The notes below the pieces were generated by a model. That model ran no database searches. It was not told where the DNA came from and saw only the letters and a list, made by a program, of their open reading frames with translations. A stretch of DNA of 64,000 nt from assembly GCA_037445065.1 (NCBI GenBank), contig JBBILD010000015.1, forward strand, positions 1-64,000, read 5' to 3'. Numbering within the stretch: the stretch's first letter is position 1; every line of letters starts with the position of its first letter. Positions 57,629 to 64,000 of this stretch are shown in pieces. The DNA comes from Myxococcales bacterium. GTDB lineage: Bacteria; Desulfobacterota; Binatia; HRBIN30. A program made the translations under genes and the position numbers.

Positions 57629-60397
57629 ATGCCACGGACGCTAATCGCTCGGGGTCATTGTACAGTCAGAAAGCCCGTGGAACGCTCTTGGCTTGTGGTG
57701 GTGGGGGCAATGATTCTTTGGCTCGTCGCCGCCCCCGGTCCGGTGGAGGCGTTCAACTGTGGCGGGCGGCAATTTCAGTTCATCACGGTTTCGCCGTCCT
57801 CGGACATTGTGTCGGCTCAGGCAACATACACGGTGAGCGGGCAAGTGCCTTCGCTGGACGGGTGCGACATTGGAACCGGTACGAACTTCAGCATTGTTTT
57901 TCCCGGTACCACGGATACAGCCACGGTCACGAGTGGCACGGTCAACGGAGTTCCGATCGCGGTTTGGGGCACGCGCTCCGGTCCAAACCTGACGTTCCGT
58001 AGTCCCGTGGTGATCCCGAACAACGCGACTTTCACCATTGTCTTGAACGTTGTCACGAACGACTCGACCCCAGGCAGCAAAACCCTAACGATGTCGGCGA
58101 GCCCGGTGCAAAATGGCAGCATCGGTGCGACCACATCCAGCCCGTATACTCTGTCCGTTCCGACTCCCACGTTTACCCCGACATCTACTCACACACCGAC
58201 CGTGACCAACACGCCCACGGAAACACCAACTCTCACTCGGACTCCGACTCATTCAGTCACACCAACGGTTACGCACACGCCCACCCGCACCCCCACTCCG
58301 ACGCAGACCCCGACGCCGGGGTTCTGCACCTTGCCTTTGGCGGAAAACAACTGCGTACCCGGAGGGGGCCCGCGGGCTACGGACTGTTTTCTCGAGTGGC
58401 TCCCAACTCCCGTGCCGAAGCGCGCCCGGAACGGCCTGCCCACGCGAAAGCTCGTTTGTTACGAGGGCGACCGGCGTTGCGACGCAGACTCGGATCTCGA
58501 CAACGGCTCCTGCCAGGTGCGGATGCGGCTTTGCATCAACAATGCGGACCCGCGGCTTTCGACGTGTGTGCCGAGCGACGTGGACACAGCGGAAGTACGC
58601 GGCCCCAACCCGGCTCGCCTACGTGATCAAGCGGACACGAACAACCTGAACACTCTCGAGTTTCACCTAGGGATGGGAGGTCTGGGCCTCAATGTTTGGC
58701 GGCCCAATGCCCAAGTGTTCGTGGGCGCGGCGAACTCGGAAGCGAACGCCTGCACCGGCCTCATGACGATGGAAGTACCGTTGCACCGCCGCAGTGGAGG
58801 AGGCTTGTCGGCGGGGCGCAAACGGTTTCGGCTCAAGGTGACAGCGTCGAGTGGAAAGGTGGATCGGGACTCGTTCACCGTCGAATGTCGCCCGAGCACC
58901 TGCGGCGATGGGCGGGTGCAAGGGGACCACGAATCCTGCGACGATGGCAACCGCATCAACGGCGACGGCTGCGATCAAGGCTGCCAGATTGAAGTGCCTG
59001 CCTCTCCAACCCCGACCCATACGGCAACGGAGAGTCCCACGCCTTCACCTTCACCCGAACCGACGAACACCGCGACCGCCTCTCCCACTGCAGCGGGGCC
59101 TACGGCTACCGCGACCGATACTCCCACAGTGACTCCCACACCAACGATTACCAATACTCCCGGCCCGCAGGTGTGCGGCAACGGCGTGGTGGAGGGCGAC
59201 GAGGAGTGCGACGACGGCGGCATTTGCGTGGGTGGGGACAACGCCGGAACCGCCTGCACCGGTGAGGATCAGTGCATCGGCAACGGAGTGTGTATTTCCG
59301 GCACTCGCATCGGCGTGGCATGTGCATCGGATGCAGATTGCCCGGGTAGCGAGTGCGTACACTGCCGCACCTTCGGGGGCGATGGCTGCGCTGCGAACTG
59401 CACCTTCGAGCGTCAAGTGCAGGCGCCGCTAGGCGTGGGCACCGGAGCACGCTTGTTCAACGAAACGTTCGCTGTCAACCCACTCAACCTGAACATCACC
59501 GGCCGCCAAACCATCACCTACGGCAAGGAGCGCAACGGCCAGATTCCCATCGTGATCCGCGCCGAGGATAGCCAGCTCGATCAAATTTCGGTTTCGGTGC
59601 TCGCTTGCGCGTGCGTGCGCACAGTGGAGGCCAAGACTTGCGGTGGCACGCTGTTCGAAGCGGATGGAGTCACGCTGGCGGTGAACTGTTCGTTGGAAGA
59701 TAACTGCGCTGCGCTGGGTAAGCCGCCGTGTGCACCCCTGCACGGTCCTGGTAACGCCGCCTCGGGAATGATCTTCTGCGACGGCCTCGCCGACGGTGCC
59801 AACATGTTCTGGCAGCAGGATGCAGGCGGAACGCCCCCACCGCCCCCGCCGACCCCGCCTCCCGGCTCTGGTCCGCCGGAGATCACCTTCTTCGATCCAG
59901 GGCCGGCCGGCTCTGCGATCCTCCTCACCACGGTGCGCATTGGGAACGTGAGCGGTGCGTGTCCGATTGTGCCAGTGACGCCGCCGCCTTCGCCTACACC
60001 GAACGTGTATGGTCCGGACGGCTTGTTCTGCACCGACGACGATCCGGAGTCCTCGCGCGGCAATCCCAACACGATTCCGCTCCTCACCGGCAACGTGGCG
60101 GTGCAGATCAACAACCATTACCATTCGGTCCGCCGGAGGCCGGAGTTCATCCCTGCCACGCCTCCGGCCACCACTGCGGGTATCCCGTTCGACTGTGCAG
60201 CGCTGCTCTCCGAAAACCCGACGGTATTCGGGTCTGGGATTGCCGGCGGGTTCACGGCGTTGAACCAGCCGGTGTTGGGCGACTTGGTGGTGGTGAACCA
60301 GTTCCTGTACGTGGTTACGCCGACGCCGAGCAACACCCCGCTGCCGACGTTTACCCGTACACCCACTCGTACCCCCACGCGCACCCCCAGAAGATAA
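57629..60397 (+). CDS. Large secreted modular protein with Myxococcus-type Cys-rich repeats and PT linkers
   Basis: Signal ending VEA|F; CGDG....ESCDDGN..NGDGC...C and CGNG.VE..EECDDG repeats; CxGG modules; three PT-rich tracts. Confidence 0.88.
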   Translation: MPRTLIARGHCTVRKPVERSWLVVVGAMILWLVAAPGPVEAFNCGGRQFQFITVSPSSDIVSAQATYTVSGQVPSLDGCDIGTGTNFSIVFPGTTDTATVTSGTVNGVPIAVWGTRSGPNLTFRSPVVIPNNATFTIVLNVVTNDSTPGSKTLTMSASPVQNGSIGATTSSPYTLSVPTPTFTPTSTHTPTVTNTPTETPTLTRTPTHSVTPTVTHTPTRTPTPTQTPTPGFCTLPLAENNCVPGGGPRATDCFLEWLPTPVPKRARNGLPTRKLVCYEGDRRCDADSDLDNGSCQVRMRLCINNADPRLSTCVPSDVDTAEVRGPNPARLRDQADTNNLNTLEFHLGMGGLGLNVWRPNAQVFVGAANSEANACTGLMTMEVPLHRRSGGGLSAGRKRFRLKVTASSGKVDRDSFTVECRPSTCGDGRVQGDHESCDDGNRINGDGCDQGCQIEVPASPTPTHTATESPTPSPSPEPTNTATASPTAAGPTATATDTPTVTPTPTITNTPGPQVCGNGVVEGDEECDDGGICVGGDNAGTACTGEDQCIGNGVCISGTRIGVACASDADCPGSECVHCRTFGGDGCAANCTFERQVQAPLGVGTGARLFNETFAVNPLNLNITGRQTITYGKERNGQIPIVIRAEDSQLDQISVSVLACACVRTVEAKTCGGTLFEADGVTLAVNCSLEDNCAALGKPPCAPLHGPGNAASGMIFCDGLADGANMFWQQDAGGTPPPPPPTPPPGSGPPEITFFDPGPAGSAILLTTVRIGNVSGACPIVPVTPPPSPTPNVYGPDGLFCTDDDPESSRGNPNTIPLLTGNVAVQINNHYHSVRRRPEFIPATPPATTAGIPFDCAALLSENPTVFGSGIAGGFTALNQPVLGDLVVVNQFLYVVTPTPSNTPLPTFTRTPTRTPTRTPRR

Positions 60398-60718
60398 GTT
60401 CTAGGCCGGGAACAAGACCGCGCCGCGCCAGACCAGGCGCGGCGCGGTCCGCGGCCGGAGGCGGGCACGCCTGTGCTGCGGGGCCCTGTAGAGCCCCGGC
60501 TTGCCCCCAGTGCGTAGTTCCTCACCGCGAATCGTGCCAGCGCGAGGCAGGGTTGAGAGGACGGGAGCACTCCGGGTGATGACCCGGGGGTAAGCGTTGC
60601 TTTCGCTGGGTTGGTGGAACTGGCGCTTCGGTGGTCCCGACAGACGTTTGCACCCGCACCGGGCTTACCTTTCAACGAAGAGGGTGCTTCGCGGTTTGCC
60701 CCCCACCGGGGCGCCGGA

Positions 60719-62182
60719 TCAGTACTGGAGACCAGTAATCTCGCGGCCCACAGCACGACTCAGTTGTGCCACAGCCACGTTGAAGTCGTGCACAGCGCGG
60801 AAATAGTCCGTGGATGCTTCCGTGTACGAGCCGAGGCCTTTGAAAAGTTCCTCGGCTTCCCCGATCCCGAGGTCGAAATTGCTGACCGTCAACACGAGCA
60901 GTGCTCGGCCCGCCCTGCGGCCCTCTTCCGCGGCTTTCATTGCTTCGCGCGCTTGCTCCACCTCACCGTAAGCTTTGCGGATCTCGAGCTGGAGCCCGCT
61001 CAATGCAGCACGTTGTTGCGCTTCGAGGCGGGCGAGTTCTGCGCGCGCTTGCTCGACTTTGGCGTTCGTGTTCCAGAAGTCGAGTTCCCATTGCAGGCCC
61101 AGAATGCCGACCGGACGGGCGAAGTTGAAATCTTCTTGCGCAAAGGGGTTCCGCTGGGTCGTGCGGTTCGGAGCGATGCCGTATTGGAAGCCAGTGCTCA
61201 GAAACACGGTCGGAAGGAGGTGCGCCTTTTCGAACTCTACTTTGGCAGACTGCGCAGCGATTCCCCGTGCCAGTTGTTGGGTTTCCGGGCGCTGGCGCAG
61301 TCCCTCCTGTAGATATTCTCCCAGCGGACCGAGTTCGATCTGCACGGGCTGGAGCCTGCGGTCCGCAAGCCGAATGGGGCTGCGCACGTCGAGACCGATA
61401 GCACGCGCTAGGGCGCTCCGCGCGAGACCTGCCGAGGCACGCACCTCCGCCACGCCCTTGGCCAGCTTCGCTCTCCCGGTTTGGAGCTTGAGCAGGTCAA
61501 TCTCAGTGACGCTGGTAGATCCTGCGGCAAGCCGCTCTTTCACCTTGGAAACGGCTTTATCCATGTTGTCCAACATCTCGTCGAGCACGGCGCTGAGCTG
61601 GTCTGCCAGCAGCACCCCGTAGTACAGTCGCTTTACATTCAACACCACCTCTGCTCTGCGCGACTCGCCCTGGGCGCGTTGGGCTTCGAGCCCGTTTTGG
61701 GCAGCTTCGAGCGCTGCCGCAAGCTTCCCGAACGTCCAAAGCGGGATGTTGAACATCACCTCGAGCTGGGTAAACGGACCCAAGTTCCGCAGCACAGACT
61801 GCCGGTTCTGCTTCGGTGGGTCGAGGATGTCGCCTTTTGCTTCGGGGACGAAGCCGAGAACTTGCTTGTACTCCGCCTCGCCCCAGCGACCCGCGCTAGC
61901 TTGTGCAAGCTGGGCACGGGCGGCCGCAATCTCGGCAGCCGCCATCTGGAGATCCGGATCATGCGCGAGCGCGGCGCGCACGCAGGTCGCGAGGTCGTAC
62001 TCCGGTTCCCCACTGTCGGCGAGGCACAGGGTGGCAGCAAACAGAATCGCGCTAGCGAATCCGAGGAAACGCGCCGGGCGCCGACATTGGGTGCGGCTGC
62101 CCGCTTCTCCAGTGCGCAAATCCGCATTGCGTGCGGAATTTGCATAGAGCAGCGAAGCGCATGTGTGATTGCGTTCCTTCAT
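60719..62182 (-). CDS. TolC family outer membrane protein
   Basis: PLWTFGKL..A, VKRLYY, RPE..QL, LPTVFL, FNVAVAQLSRAVG; start uncertain. Confidence 0.88.
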   Translation of the reverse strand: MKERNHTCASLLYANSARNADLRTGEAGSRTQCRRPARFLGFASAILFAATLCLADSGEPEYDLATCVRAALAHDPDLQMAAAEIAAARAQLAQASAGRWGEAEYKQVLGFVPEAKGDILDPPKQNRQSVLRNLGPFTQLEVMFNIPLWTFGKLAAALEAAQNGLEAQRAQGESRRAEVVLNVKRLYYGVLLADQLSAVLDEMLDNMDKAVSKVKERLAAGSTSVTEIDLLKLQTGRAKLAKGVAEVRASAGLARSALARAIGLDVRSPIRLADRRLQPVQIELGPLGEYLQEGLRQRPETQQLARGIAAQSAKVEFEKAHLLPTVFLSTGFQYGIAPNRTTQRNPFAQEDFNFARPVGILGLQWELDFWNTNAKVEQARAELARLEAQQRAALSGLQLEIRKAYGEVEQAREAMKAAEEGRRAGRALLVLTVSNFDLGIGEAEELFKGLGSYTEASTDYFRAVHDFNVAVAQLSRAVGREITGLQY

Positions 62183-62242
62183 ACGCAAGCCCTTTTTTCC
62201 CTGCAGCGAATCTGCTTCAAACACGCTCCGCTCGTGGAAACA

Positions 62243-63268
62243 ATGGGAAGTGCGATGAGTACCCAGGCTGTGCCTGCCACGCGCGAACTCCCAGTCGCCG
62301 TGGGGGCGGGTCCCGAGCCAGTGCCTGGTGGGCGCCCGGAGGTGGCCCTCTCGGTGCGCGGCCTGCGCAAGGTGTATGGGAAGACAGTCGCTGTGCACGA
62401 GCTTTCGTTCGAAATCAGCACCGGTGAGGTGTTCGGACTGCTCGGCCCCAACGGCGCTGGGAAAACCACCACGATTTCCATGATCGCCTCGCAGCTTCGC
62501 CCGACAAGCGGTGACGCCCTGGTGTTCGGTCACTCCGTCTTACGCCAAACCCGTAGGGTGCGGGAACTCATCGGACTCGTACCCCAAGAGGTGTCCGTGT
62601 ACCCGCAACTGACCGCGCGCGAGAACCTCAAATTTTTCGGCCGCATGTACGGGGTCACGGGAGCCCAGCTCGAGCGCAAGGTGGACGAATTGCTCGAATT
62701 GGTCGGCCTCGACCAGCGCTCGGCCGAGGCGGTAAGCCAGTTTTCCGGAGGGATGAAGCGGCGCCTGAACCTTGCCGTGAGTCTGGTGCACAGCCCTCGC
62801 TTGCTCCTGCTCGACGAGCCGACGGTGGGCGTCGACCCGCATTCGCGCGAGAAGATTTTCACCATTGTGCGCGAATTGCGCGATCGCGGAATCGCGATTT
62901 TGTACACCACCCATTACATGGAGGAGGCCGAGCGCCTCTGCGACCGCTTGGCCATTATGGACGAAGGCAAGATCATCGCCCTCGGCCCCTTGGTGGACCT
63001 ACTGGCAGAAGCCGGGTGCTCTGAAGTCGTGCAGATTCGCGGCTTGCCACCGCGTGCGGACCTGAGTGCGCTACAAACCCTGCCCGGTGTCTGCCGGGTC
63101 GAGGTGCACGTGGGTGAGACACGCCTATTCGTGAATCGCGCTGCGCGCTTACTCGGACCGCTGCATCAGTTTCTCGGCCGCTTCGGCGATCAGGTCATGG
63201 TCGAGATTGCTCCCTTGAGTCTCGAGAATCTGTTTCTCCAACTGACTGGAAAGGAGCTGAGAGATTGA
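62243..63268 (+). CDS. ABC-2 type exporter ATP-binding protein
   Basis: GPNGAGKTT, FSGGMKRRLN, LLDEPTVGVDP, TTHYMEEAERLCD, SLENLFLQLTGKELRD. Confidence 0.95.
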   Translation: MGSAMSTQAVPATRELPVAVGAGPEPVPGGRPEVALSVRGLRKVYGKTVAVHELSFEISTGEVFGLLGPNGAGKTTTISMIASQLRPTSGDALVFGHSVLRQTRRVRELIGLVPQEVSVYPQLTARENLKFFGRMYGVTGAQLERKVDELLELVGLDQRSAEAVSQFSGGMKRRLNLAVSLVHSPRLLLLDEPTVGVDPHSREKIFTIVRELRDRGIAILYTTHYMEEAERLCDRLAIMDEGKIIALGPLVDLLAEAGCSEVVQIRGLPPRADLSALQTLPGVCRVEVHVGETRLFVNRAARLLGPLHQFLGRFGDQVMVEIAPLSLENLFLQLTGKELRD

Positions 63269-63876
63269 TGCGCCGGATCATCCCGTATGCCGCCGGGTTG
63301 GGGCTGTGGGTGCTGTGCGTGCTGCCGTGCGCAAGCCATGCGGAAACGCCCTTAGAGCGTACCCGCCAAGTGCTCCAAGAAGCACGGCGCATTGTGGATA
63401 GTGACAAAGCTCACAACGAGAAACTTGCCGATCTTTCCCTCTTACTGCGCGACTTCCTCGACACGGACACGATGGGAAAACAGGCTCTCGATCGGCACTG
63501 GGAACGGTTTACGCCTGAACAGCGGCGGGAGTTTTTGCAGCTTTTCCGCGAGTTGTTCCAGCGCACGTACGTGCAGAAACTCCTGCTGTTCGAGAAGCCT
63601 GACTTTGCATACGTCGGCGAGCAGGTGAACGGCGAGCGCGCGCACGTGGACACGAAAATCATCACACCGCGTGACGAGTTTTTGGTTGCTTACGACCTGG
63701 TGCTCGCTGGCTCGTCGTGGAAGGCAGTGGACATCAAGATCGAGGACCTGAGCCTAACAGTGAATTTTCGTCGCCAGCTGGATCGCCTGCTGCAAAAGGA
63801 AAGCCCCGCGGAGCTGCTCGCACGCATGCGCAAGCGCTACGGGCCTGGGGGCCAGGGAAACGAGGAAGACCTGTGA
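63268..63876 (+). CDS. MlaC/Ttg2D (HpnM-like) periplasmic lipid-binding protein
   Basis: Signal ending SHA|E; D...MGKQALDRHW...TPEQRREF..LF..L..RTY, W..VDI.IE..SL..NFRRQ; TGATG coupling. Confidence 0.85.
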   Translation: MRRIIPYAAGLGLWVLCVLPCASHAETPLERTRQVLQEARRIVDSDKAHNEKLADLSLLLRDFLDTDTMGKQALDRHWERFTPEQRREFLQLFRELFQRTYVQKLLLFEKPDFAYVGEQVNGERAHVDTKIITPRDEFLVAYDLVLAGSSWKAVDIKIEDLSLTVNFRRQLDRLLQKESPAELLARMRKRYGPGGQGNEEDL

Positions 63877-64000
63877 AGCTCTTGCGCGTGATGCTCAAAG
63901 ACCTGCGCTTGATCGTGCGCGACCGCTCCGCGTTGGTTTCGCTCTTGGTCGTGCCGATCATCATTATTCTCGTGGTGGCAGAGACACAGTCCGAAATCGG
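63873..64000 (+). CDS. ABC-2 exporter permease, 5' part (partial)
   Basis: GTG start overlapping previous stop; MKLLRVMLKDLRLIVRDRSALVSLLVVPIIIILVVA. Confidence 0.8.
   Translation, partial: MKLLRVMLKDLRLIVRDRSALVSLLVVPIIIILVVAETQSEI

Overview
GC-rich bacterial chromosomal window with no recognisable rRNA, tRNA, CRISPR array, prophage or intact IS element. The mix of Pro/Thr-rich and Cys-rich secreted proteins, F420-type LLM enzyme, pilT/pilU and waaF suggests a diderm of the Binatota/Myxococcota-like former Deltaproteobacteria (inference only). Core content: MoxR+VWA pair, argC, class III aminotransferase, Fur-family regulator, TonB-dependent receptor, tldD/tldE, rlpA, pilT/pilU, cutA, plsX, GH94-like enzyme, waaF, thrC with cystathionine gamma-synthase, metF, RNase E/G, two TolC-family proteins, an ABC exporter and two frameshifted pseudogenes. 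Main leads: (1) a His-rich membrane-targeted leader ORF ending in a RAPP arrest-like motif, followed by competing hairpins over the RBS of the TonB receptor (candidate metal-sensing ribosome-stalling switch); (2) a conserved RTPPPIPVIPSP-TM-basic C-terminal tail on two adjacent surface proteins (candidate unnamed sorting signal), with a myxosortase-like protease and a MYXO-CTERM-like tail elsewhere in the window; (3) a protein made of two IS630-type DNA-binding modules with no catalytic domain heading the MoxR/VWA genes; (4) a secreted His-Lys-Pro repeat miniprotein upstream of a CzcC-like TolC; (5) adjacent plant-like threonine synthase and cystathionine gamma-synthase. All family calls come from reading motifs by eye; no database searches were run and start codons are best estimates.
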